A stretch of 62,645 bases of DNA from positions 1 to 62,645 of the forward strand of contig CANFHO010000001.1 of the NCBI GenBank assembly GCA_947447005.1. The letters are read 5' to 3'. Position numbers and translations under genes: made by a program. The first letter of the stretch is position 1. Each line of letters opens with the position of its first letter. The notes below the pieces were generated by a model. It was not told the origin of the DNA. It ran no database searches and saw only the letters and a list, made by a program, of their open reading frames with translations. The DNA comes from Chitinophagaceae bacterium. GTDB taxonomy: Bacteria > Bacteroidota > Bacteroidia > Chitinophagales > Chitinophagaceae. Shown in pieces: positions 28,774-37,600 of the stretch.

Positions 28774-30831
28774 ATGAATTTTCATAAAATAATTTCAAGC
28801 ACTCTTAAGTCCTTTTTATACCTCCTGTTTGTGGCTTTCCTGCTTCAAGCCAGTGCTGCGTATGCGCAGATGCCTGGCGGACTAAAGCGTTTGCAGGGGA
28901 TGGGTGGCTCATTTAGGGGTGGCGGTGGAGGTGGAAAAAGTAATAGCGATTCATTGACATTTGAAAAAAGAAATTTTGCTGATGATTCTGTCAATGTAAG
29001 ATTTAGATATCTGGATACTGCTCGGTACAGTGGATTCGATTCAAGTATTGATGACTACTTCAGGCGAGTGTCTATGAAGCAGGAGTTTATTCATATAGGT
29101 CATAATGGGAATGCTATCAGGCCTATTCTTTTTTCTCCACTTCGTGCTCCTGGTTGGGATGCTGGATTTCATGCATTCGATCCATATGCATTTTCAGTGC
29201 AAGACACCCGGTTTATGAATACCACAAAGCCATATACTCAATTGGGATTTCTGGTAGGTAGCAAGGCAGAGCAATTGATAAATCTCATTCATACTCAAAA
29301 TGTGCAACCTGATTGGAATTTTGTTTTGCAATATCGGCTATTGAATTCTCCAGGGACTTTCAACTCACAAAATACCAATCACAATAACCTCCGGTTTAAT
29401 ACTGATTATACTTCAAAGGATAAGCGATATCATGCTTTTTTTATCATGATGTCGAATGTATTGCAAAGTTCAGAAAATGGAGGTATTGTAGATAATTCTT
29501 ATTTGGTCAATCCCAATGGGGCTTATAACGACAGGTTTAATATACCTACCAATCTTGCTTCAGCAGCCTATTCATCCCGGAATTTTTTCAATGTAAAATT
29601 GCATACAGGTAACAGATACGCAGATAAGCAATTACTGTTAAGACAACAATATGATTTTGGGAAAAAGGATTCAGTAGTAACAGATTCTAGTGTAATCAAG
29701 TTCTTTCTGCCTACGTTCCGTTTGGAACATACTGTGCATAAAATGAGTTATGATTATTTATATATGGATGAGCAAGCAATCAATGGGGCAGATTTTTATA
29801 AAAAGAATTATGGATTAGCAACTGTTCCATCAGAAATCAGGTATGAGCAAAAATGGGCTGTGTTGAAAAATGATTTCTCCCTCCTTCAATTTCCGGATCC
29901 CAAAAATCCCTTGCAGTATTTTAAGGCGGGGTTATCATATTCGCATTATTCATCGGATACGGGAATCTTGAAAAACACTTTTAGTAATGTAACCATCCAC
30001 GGGGAATATCGGAACAGAACCAGGAATAAAAAGTGGGATATGCTTTTGTATGGTGAATTGTTTCCAGCAGGTAGAGATGCCGGTAATTATCAAGTGCAGG
30101 CACATCTTCAGACCGACTTAGGCAAAAAGTTAGGGATCTTTGAAATCGGCTTTCAAAATATCAATCGTACCCCATCTTACTTATACAATTATATCAGTTT
30201 GTTTCCCATCAAGCGTAATGCAGGTTTGAATGATGAAAATGTAATTGCTGTAAATGGAGCATTGTATATTGCACCATTGAAATCAAGATTAAGTGTGGAT
30301 TATTTTCTAATCAGTAACTATACTTATTTAAGTGATTTTGTAACGGTATCACAGCAGTCAGCGTTATTTAACTTTATGCGCATCGGGGTGAACAAGGTAT
30401 TTAATTTGGGAAGAAAGTGGAGGTGGCATATGGATGTATATGCCCAAACTGCAACAGGAAATGCGCCCATACATCTTCCATGGTTGTATACAAGGAATCG
30501 ATTAGCATATGAGGCACAGCCATATAGAAACCTCATTGTGGCTACTGGATTAGACATCAGGTATCACAGTGCCTATTTTGCAGATGGATATTCACCCGTT
30601 TTGGGTCAATTCTACTATCAATCTAAAGAAAAGATTACAATTCGTCCGGATATCAGTTATTATTTGAACTTTAGGGTCAGAAGTTTCACGAGTTTTATAC
30701 GTTTTGAAAACCTTAATTCTGCCACCTTGCAATATGGCTTTGGCTTTAAAAAGAGCAATTTGACTGCCCCTACTTACCCAATGCCCAGTTTGGTTTTTCG
30801 TTTAGGTGTTTTTTGGAATTTTGTTAATTAA
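28774..30831 (+). CDS. Putative outer-membrane porin (Bacteroidota putative porin / Porin_10-like)
   Basis: Signal peptide with Gly-rich N-terminus; motifs NTTKPYTQL, HTQN, YFADGYSPVLGQFY; C-terminal FRLGVFWNFVN. Confidence 0.75.
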   Translation: MNFHKIISSTLKSFLYLLFVAFLLQASAAYAQMPGGLKRLQGMGGSFRGGGGGGKSNSDSLTFEKRNFADDSVNVRFRYLDTARYSGFDSSIDDYFRRVSMKQEFIHIGHNGNAIRPILFSPLRAPGWDAGFHAFDPYAFSVQDTRFMNTTKPYTQLGFLVGSKAEQLINLIHTQNVQPDWNFVLQYRLLNSPGTFNSQNTNHNNLRFNTDYTSKDKRYHAFFIMMSNVLQSSENGGIVDNSYLVNPNGAYNDRFNIPTNLASAAYSSRNFFNVKLHTGNRYADKQLLLRQQYDFGKKDSVVTDSSVIKFFLPTFRLEHTVHKMSYDYLYMDEQAINGADFYKKNYGLATVPSEIRYEQKWAVLKNDFSLLQFPDPKNPLQYFKAGLSYSHYSSDTGILKNTFSNVTIHGEYRNRTRNKKWDMLLYGELFPAGRDAGNYQVQAHLQTDLGKKLGIFEIGFQNINRTPSYLYNYISLFPIKRNAGLNDENVIAVNGALYIAPLKSRLSVDYFLISNYTYLSDFVTVSQQSALFNFMRIGVNKVFNLGRKWRWHMDVYAQTATGNAPIHLPWLYTRNRLAYEAQPYRNLIVATGLDIRYHSAYFADGYSPVLGQFYYQSKEKITIRPDISYYLNFRVRSFTSFIRFENLNSATLQYGFGFKKSNLTAPTYPMPSLVFRLGVFWNFVN

Positions 30832-30877
30832 TAGGTTTCGGATTGCTTTTTATTAAATCCGGCTGTACCTTTATTCC

Positions 30878-31252
30878 ATGAAACGTCTGTTGGTAATATT
30901 GCTATTGCTCGTTCATACTGTTGCAAACAGTGGTATGGTATTGAGTGCGCATTATTGCATGGGCTCTATAGCAAGTGTTTCAATTAGCCACAATGAAAGC
31001 AAAAAGTGTGACAATTGTGGGATGGAAGATAAAGGTTGTTGTCATGATGATCAAAAGATCATTAAGTTAGATGACAGTCATTTGATTCAAACTGCCAGTC
31101 TTCACTTTAAAATGGAGATGCCATTCATAGCGCATCAGCATTTTACTGTTTTTGATGTTCAAAAAAAATCTCAGTTTTCATTTCGAAATACTTCATTTGA
31201 GAAGTATAATACTCCTCCCATTTATCTGAGGGATTGCAATTTCCGTATTTAG
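30878..31252 (+). CDS. HYC_CC_PP family small protein
   Basis: N-terminal hydrophobic segment; SAHYCMG, CDNC, GCCHD; C-terminal TPPIYLRDCNFRI; lies upstream of metal genes. Confidence 0.8.
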   Translation: MKRLLVILLLLVHTVANSGMVLSAHYCMGSIASVSISHNESKKCDNCGMEDKGCCHDDQKIIKLDDSHLIQTASLHFKMEMPFIAHQHFTVFDVQKKSQFSFRNTSFEKYNTPPIYLRDCNFRI

Positions 31253-31327
31253 AAAAAATGCTTTTTCATTCTTACATCACACCAGTGTGATGATTATCCT
31301 ATTTATATATTCATAAAATTTTACGTA

Positions 31328-31945
31328 ATGAAACCATTAACATTATTAGCAAGTATATTATTTTCTATTATTTTTTCTTTCAATGCACAAGCTCAGAAGA
31401 ACGTGAAGTCTGAGTCTATCAAGGTTTGGGGCAATTGTGGGATGTGCAAAAAAACCATTGAAACTGCTTCTTTGAATGCTGGTGCAAGCAAGGCAGATTG
31501 GAATGAAGAAACAAAAGTGTTGACCGTATCCTATAATGAAAAAAAGACAAACAGTCAAAAGATACAAGAAGCTGTTGCAGCATCTGGTTATGATACCCAG
31601 GATTTGGTTGCACCAACAGAAGTATACAACAAGTTGCATTCATGTTGTCAGTACGACAGGAAGTCTGTTGAAGCGGTTGCAAAAAGCGACAAGATGGATT
31701 GTTGCAAAGACATGACAAAATGCAAAGAGTCAGGATGTTGCAAAGATGGTAAATGTAGCATGAAACAAGATTGCTGCAAAGACATGACCAAATGCAAGGA
31801 TATGTCATGCTGCTCGGCATCTGCAGAAAAAGGTGCTGCAGCCTGCAAAGCAAATGGATGTTGCAAAGATGGAAAGTGTGACAATACAAAAGATTGTTGC
31901 AAGGATATGGCCAACTGCAAGGACATGGCTTGTTGCAAAAAATAA
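31328..31945 (+). CDS. Exported heavy-metal-associated (HMA) protein with Cys-rich metallothionein-like tail
   Basis: Signal peptide (AQAQ); VWGNCGMCKKTIE HMA motif; YNKLHSCCQY; last 83 aa contain 20 Cys. Confidence 0.85.
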   Translation: MKPLTLLASILFSIIFSFNAQAQKNVKSESIKVWGNCGMCKKTIETASLNAGASKADWNEETKVLTVSYNEKKTNSQKIQEAVAASGYDTQDLVAPTEVYNKLHSCCQYDRKSVEAVAKSDKMDCCKDMTKCKESGCCKDGKCSMKQDCCKDMTKCKDMSCCSASAEKGAAACKANGCCKDGKCDNTKDCCKDMANCKDMACCKK

Positions 31946-31949
31946 AAAT

Positions 31950-31982
31950 ATAATGCGGGCCGGCGAAGCCGGCCCGCATTAT
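31950..31982. repeat. GC-rich perfect hairpin (REP-like or mRNA-stabilising)
   Basis: ATAATGCGGGCCGGC-GAA-GCCGGCCCGCATTAT, 15-bp stem with no U-tract. Confidence 0.75.
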
Positions 31983-32052
31983 TCGTTCTCAATATGACGC
32001 GAAGCCGGTCAGGCAGCGTACTCTTTTTTTGTATTTTTATCAATCTTAAATC

Positions 32053-32601
32053 ATGAACAAATTATTCATGATGTTGCTGTTCATATGCTTTTTCAGTAAC
32101 ATTTCCATGTCGCAGATTCAATCTGCAAAATTGCAAGCGAGCGGACTTACCTGTGCCATGTGTGCAAGGTCCATTTATAATAATCTAGTGTCCCTTCCAT
32201 GTGTAGATTCAGTGGACACCGATTTGAATGCTTCTGCATTTCTTATTAAATTCAAAAAAAATATACCCGTTGATTTAGATGCTATTGGAAAGAAGGTTCA
32301 GGATACAGGTTTTTCTGTTGCCATTCTTTCCTTGAATTTCGATGTAAAGGAGTTATCTCTTCAAAAAGACTCACATCTTGTTTTAGATAATCAACTTTTT
32401 CATTTTTTAAATGGAAGTGGTAAAACTATGAAAGGACTTATATCTTTACAATTGGTTGATCCTCTATTTGTGTCTGCTAAAGATTTCAAAAAGTATTCTA
32501 AAATGTCAACAATGGAATGCTTAAAGACAGGGAAAATGTCGGATTGTTGTAAACCCATAGTTAGAATGCCTTCCGCTAGAATATATCATGTAATCATTTG
32601 A
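32053..32601 (+). CDS. Exported HMA-domain protein
   Basis: Signal peptide; ASGLTCAMCARS motif; C-terminal CxxxxxxxxCC...RIYHV. Confidence 0.8.
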   Translation: MNKLFMMLLFICFFSNISMSQIQSAKLQASGLTCAMCARSIYNNLVSLPCVDSVDTDLNASAFLIKFKKNIPVDLDAIGKKVQDTGFSVAILSLNFDVKELSLQKDSHLVLDNQLFHFLNGSGKTMKGLISLQLVDPLFVSAKDFKKYSKMSTMECLKTGKMSDCCKPIVRMPSARIYHVII

Positions 32602-32603
32602 AT

Positions 32604-33440
32604 ATGAAAAAGCTTCACTTTCAATTATTGTTTTTCATTGTTTTTCAGTTTGTGGTAAACCAATCACATTCGCAAGAACTCTATGTGTTCAGTGAGCCGG
32701 CATCCAATATGCCAGCTAAATCTTTGGGATTGAAATATTCAGGCAAATGGCAAAAAGATCAATATTTTAAAGAACCATTGAATCGACAAATGCTTGAATT
32801 ACAGGTGGGACATAGTAAAAAATGGATGACGCATCTGAGTAACACCTTTAGTAACATGTATGAAAAAGAACAGATTGGATTTGAATCACTTGGTTTGTAT
32901 ACCAAATATCGCGTTCTTTCAATAGATGCATTGCACCAACATTTTAGGGCAGCTGTATTTGGCAAGGTTACTTTTTCAAACAACAAATCTTTATACGAAG
33001 AGCTCAGTCTGGATGGTGATCAATCTGCAATTGAGAGTGGGGTTGTATTAACCCAATTGTTGCACAAGTTAGCCCTTTCATCAACCATTGGCTTGATAGA
33101 GGTGACAGGGAAAGAAAGATGGGCTAAACCCGTTGGTGTTAATTTGCCCTCTTTTGAGGGAATTCAATACAGCTTATCTGCTGGGTATCTTTTGTATCCA
33201 AAGAGTTATATTAGTTATGATCAGACAAATTTCAATGTATACGTTGAATGTTTAGGTGGTTTCTCACTTGACAGAAAAACCAGTTTCCTTGATATGGCAC
33301 CTGCCATCCAATGGATTATTAAAAGTAACTCAAAGTTGAATGTAGGATATCGTTTTCAGGTTTCTGGAGATGCATATAGGATGTCCAGGGAAACTTTTTT
33401 GATCAGCTTCGAAAGAACATTCCTAAATGCTTTAAAATAG
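32604..33440 (+). CDS. Conserved hypothetical protein, probable outer-membrane beta-barrel
   Basis: Signal peptide; QELYVFSEPASNMPAKS; amphipathic strands (YSLSAGYLLYP, LNVGYRFQV). Confidence 0.55.
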   Translation: MKKLHFQLLFFIVFQFVVNQSHSQELYVFSEPASNMPAKSLGLKYSGKWQKDQYFKEPLNRQMLELQVGHSKKWMTHLSNTFSNMYEKEQIGFESLGLYTKYRVLSIDALHQHFRAAVFGKVTFSNNKSLYEELSLDGDQSAIESGVVLTQLLHKLALSSTIGLIEVTGKERWAKPVGVNLPSFEGIQYSLSAGYLLYPKSYISYDQTNFNVYVECLGGFSLDRKTSFLDMAPAIQWIIKSNSKLNVGYRFQVSGDAYRMSRETFLISFERTFLNALK

Positions 33441-33456
33441 AATACGCAAAAAATAT

Positions 33457-34602
33457 TTATCCTTCTTCGCCACTGTTTTTCATTTTCATCAATACTGTAT
33501 AAGCATTTTTGATAACAATATTTTTGTTTGGCAATATTGTTTTCACTTCTATGTAGCCATTGGTTGATGTTCCGGTTTCAATGGGTGTAAGAATAAATTT
33601 GTTGTTAGTCTCTTCTATAAAGATGAATGGTTTGTTATTCCATTTAACAACTGCATCTTCCGGAACTGCAATTACTCTTGCGTTATTTAATTCGATGGTT
33701 GCATTTACAAATGTTCCAGGAAGTAATCTTTTATCAAATCCAATCATATGACAGTGAACCGATGTAGTTCTGTCTTCTTCAATATTCGGAGTAATTAGAT
33801 GGATGGATGCAGCGTATTTTTGATCTGGCCTGTTGTTTGTAGAGAAATAAAGCTTTTGTCCTATTGACAAATTTGCAGCATCGTTTTCAAATATCGTAAG
33901 TCTTACATGTAAATCAGATGGGTCTACCAATTCAAAAATTTCATCTGAAGGATTGATGTATTTGCCAATATTTACATTCACTTTTGATACATATCCATTT
34001 ATGGGGGATGTAATTTGTATCATGCGGGAAATGTTAGACTCATTTAGATTGTCGGGTGAAATTCCTATCAGTTTAAGTTTTTCTGAAAGGGATTTTAAAA
34101 GTATTTTTTGGGTTTCAAAATCAGCTTTTGACTGCTGAAAAATTTTATCACTGACGGATTTAGTTTCATTCAACATTTTTTGTCTGTTGAAATCCAATTC
34201 AACAAATTCCAATTTGCTTTTTGCTGTCAGATAATCTTGCTGCAACTGGATATATTGTTGGTCTTCTAAAACCGCTAATACCATTCCTTTGCTTACCCTG
34301 GTGCCGGGCACCATTGTTGTTTTCTTTAAATAACCACTGATAGGTACACTAACTGTAATAATGTTTTCAGGAGGTAGGTCAATTACTCCATTTACTTTGA
34401 TTGTGCTGAACATATCCTTTGATTCAGGTTTGCCAACAACAATATCTGCGTTTTTAATTTGATCTTTTGAAAGTTCCACCATTTCTGGTATGGCAGTTGA
34501 ATCAATACTTTCTTTCTTTTCGGAATTTGTTTTTATTTCACCATTGTTACAAGAGGCAATCAATACACACAATGCTATGATGATTATATTATTTCTTTTC
34601 AT
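33457..34602 (-). CDS. czcB: RND efflux periplasmic adaptor (CzcB/CusB-like) lipoprotein
   Basis: Lipobox LIASC; motifs VSVPISGY, IQLQQDYL, ITSPINGYV, LLPGTFVNA, AVPEDAVV. Confidence 0.85.
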   Translation of the reverse strand: MKRNNIIIIALCVLIASCNNGEIKTNSEKKESIDSTAIPEMVELSKDQIKNADIVVGKPESKDMFSTIKVNGVIDLPPENIITVSVPISGYLKKTTMVPGTRVSKGMVLAVLEDQQYIQLQQDYLTAKSKLEFVELDFNRQKMLNETKSVSDKIFQQSKADFETQKILLKSLSEKLKLIGISPDNLNESNISRMIQITSPINGYVSKVNVNIGKYINPSDEIFELVDPSDLHVRLTIFENDAANLSIGQKLYFSTNNRPDQKYAASIHLITPNIEEDRTTSVHCHMIGFDKRLLPGTFVNATIELNNARVIAVPEDAVVKWNNKPFIFIEETNNKFILTPIETGTSTNGYIEVKTILPNKNIVIKNAYTVLMKMKNSGEEG

Positions 34603-34622
34603 TTTAATTAATTTTTTTAAGA

Positions 34623-37600
34623 TTATTTGATGGCACTGATTCTTTCGATCTCAAATGCTGCGTCGTTCATTGATTGGATTGTATTCAGATATTCTATATT
34701 AATTTGAATGGCTTGATTGATCAGCATAACCCAATTGAGATATCCTATTTCGCCTGTATTTAATTTCTGAGATGCAGTTTGGATAATAGATTTGGCATTG
34801 GGTAACATAGTTTGATGATATGAATTTACCATTTGGCTATGTCTTGTATATAGTTCAATTGCATTTTCTAATTCACCTTTTAGTTGGAGTTGGGTTGCAT
34901 CTAATTCCTGCTCCCGTTGTTTAATTAAAATATTAGAAGCATTTATTCTTGCTTTTTGCGCACTTCCAAAAATTGGTATTCCAATACCTGCTGTTATGGT
35001 ATTGAATCTTTTATTGCTGCCAAAATATTGCTGATTGGTTTGACTTGTAGATTGCCACCCCATGATGGTTCCACTGTTTATGCCTGCATTTAAGTTTGGT
35101 AATAATTTACTTTTTTCCAATTTGTATTGTTGTTTGGATAAAACGACCATCTCTTCCTGTATTTTTACCAAAGGGTTTTGAATTATATTTTGTGTCTCTG
35201 GTAAAATTGAGATTACATATAATGGATCTTCAGCACTGGGTTCAACTTGTCTTTTACTGTTCATCAGCAATCTGAAATGATTCAAAAGTATTTTGTAATC
35301 TGCCTCCAACGCATGTAATTGATTTTTGATTTGTGCTTGTTGATTTTCAGCTGTATTTTTTTCCAAAACATCTACATCGCCTGCTTTAAAACGTTGGTTT
35401 GTTTTTTCGTTAAAGTTCTTATAGATGCTATCTGACTCTACGAGTAAAGCATGTCTTTTTTTAAGAATTAGCAATTGATAGTATACTGTTTTTATTTTGG
35501 CAACCAATTCCAATTCCCTGTATTTTACATTGGTTTCACTAATTCGAATTTGTGTTTGATTGACAGCACCATGATTTTTATATACAGTTGGAAATTGTAT
35601 TCCCTGGGAAATTGAAAATCGATTATCGTTTGAAATACTGTTTATCTTTCCATATTCTATCAATGCACTTGTTTTATCAACATCGAAATTTGTTTTACGC
35701 ATTGCTTTAAAGAATTCCACGTCAGTGTTAGCAATCGAAATAGAAATATTATTTTTCAATGCACTATCAATTGCATCCTTTAATGAGATTTTTGACTGCG
35801 ATTGACCAAACATTCCCATTGCCAATAAAATAGAAATAATTACTCCATGCTTGGCTCTGTGTTTAAAAAAGCCAAATCCTTTTTCAAAAAGTATATACAG
35901 TACAGGCAAAACAAATAAAGTCAAAAGGGTTGATATGATCAGCCCACCTATAACAACAGTAGCAAGCGGTTTCTGTACCTCTCCACCTGCACCAGTACTG
36001 ATAGCCATTGGGATGAAGCCTAGCGAAGGGACCAATGCTGTCATCAGAACGGCACGTAATTTGGAGCTTGTAGCATGAATTACTGTTTTTTCAATATCAT
36101 GCCATCCTTCTGATTTCAACCGGTTGAATTCTGATACGAGAAGAATTCCATTCAAAACAGCAACGCCAAACAAAGCAATAAACCCTACACCTGCAGATAT
36201 GCTGAATGGCATATCTCTCATCCATAATGCCAGAATTCCCCCAGTGGCAGATAGTGGAATGGCAGTATAGATCAATAAACTTTGTTTCATTGAGTTAAAT
36301 GCAAAGTATAATAACAGAAATATCAGTAAAAGTGCAATAGGAACTACAATACTTAAACGTTCTTTAGCTGCTGTCATGTTTTCAAATGAGCCACCATAAA
36401 CAATGGTGTAAGTTTTGGGTAATTTCAATTGCTTTTCAACTTTTTCTTGCAACTCCTTTACAATGGTTTGTACATCCCTGCCACTTACATTGAAACCTAC
36501 AATGATTCTTCTTTTGGTATCTTCTCTTTGTATTTGATTTACGCCTTCTATCTCTTCAATACCAGCAACTGTAGACAGAGGTATTTGCGTGCCATGTACA
36601 GTAGGAATCATCAGATTTACAATGTCTTCAATACTTTTCCTGGAATTTCCTTCAAGTCTCACAGCCATATCAAAACGTTTCTCACCTTCATATACCTGAC
36701 CTGCAATTTGTCCTGCGAAGGCAGTGTTTACAACCCGGTTGATATCGCTAACATTCAATCCATATTTAGCCATGGCTTCACGATTGTATTTTACGACTAC
36801 CTGAGGCATGCCTGTAACAGTTTCTTCATAAATATTCACCGCACCATCAACTGACTTCATTATGTCATTTAATTTATGGGCATATTGTGTTAATGTATCC
36901 AGATTCTCTCCAAATATTTTACAAACTACATCCTGACGTGCACCTGTCATCAATTCATTGAAACGCATCTGTACAGGAAATTGAAATCCTACTGTGATGC
37001 CAGGAATTTGTTCCATGGCAGCTGTCATCTTTGCACTTAATTCAGGAAAAGTTTTAGCCGATGTCCATTCTTTTTTATCTTTCAAAATCACCATCATATC
37101 TCCTGCCTCAAAGGGCATGGGATCGGTTGGAATTTCTGCACTTCCTATTTTCGTAACAACTTTTTCCACTTCTGGAAATTGTTTCAATAAAATCTTTGAT
37201 GCTTGTTGAGTGGATTTAATCGTATTATTCAAATTACTTCCTGTGAGAAGTCTTGTCTCTACTGCGAAGTCGCCTTCCTCAAGCTGAGGCATGAATTCAC
37301 CTCCCATTCTGCTTAGTATGAAAATAGCAGCTACAAATATTGCAAGTGTAGATGCAATGATTGCCTTTGGATGGAGGAATGCCTTGTGTAATAAGGGTTG
37401 ATATTTTTTTTCCAACCATCCCATTAGCTTATCAGCCATCGACATTTTATGACTGATTTTTTTCTTTAGAGCCAATGCTGCCATCATTGGGACATAAGTG
37501 ATCGACAAAATAAATGCGCCAAAAATGGCAAAAGCAATGGTGTAAGCCATTGGCTTGAACATCTTGCCTTCAATTCCCTGTAGGGAGAGAATAGGAATGT

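Noticed and set aside
31995-32021. SRP RNA (CCGGTCAGG...GCAGC resemblance)
   Set aside because: It lacks the conserved CCGGAAGGAAGCAGC domain IV loop and the long enclosing stem.
31419-32043. Antisense ORFs of 186 and 131 aa over the HMA gene
   Set aside because: Shadow frames of the Cys/Lys repeat; the plus-strand protein has a signal peptide and a clear HMA motif.
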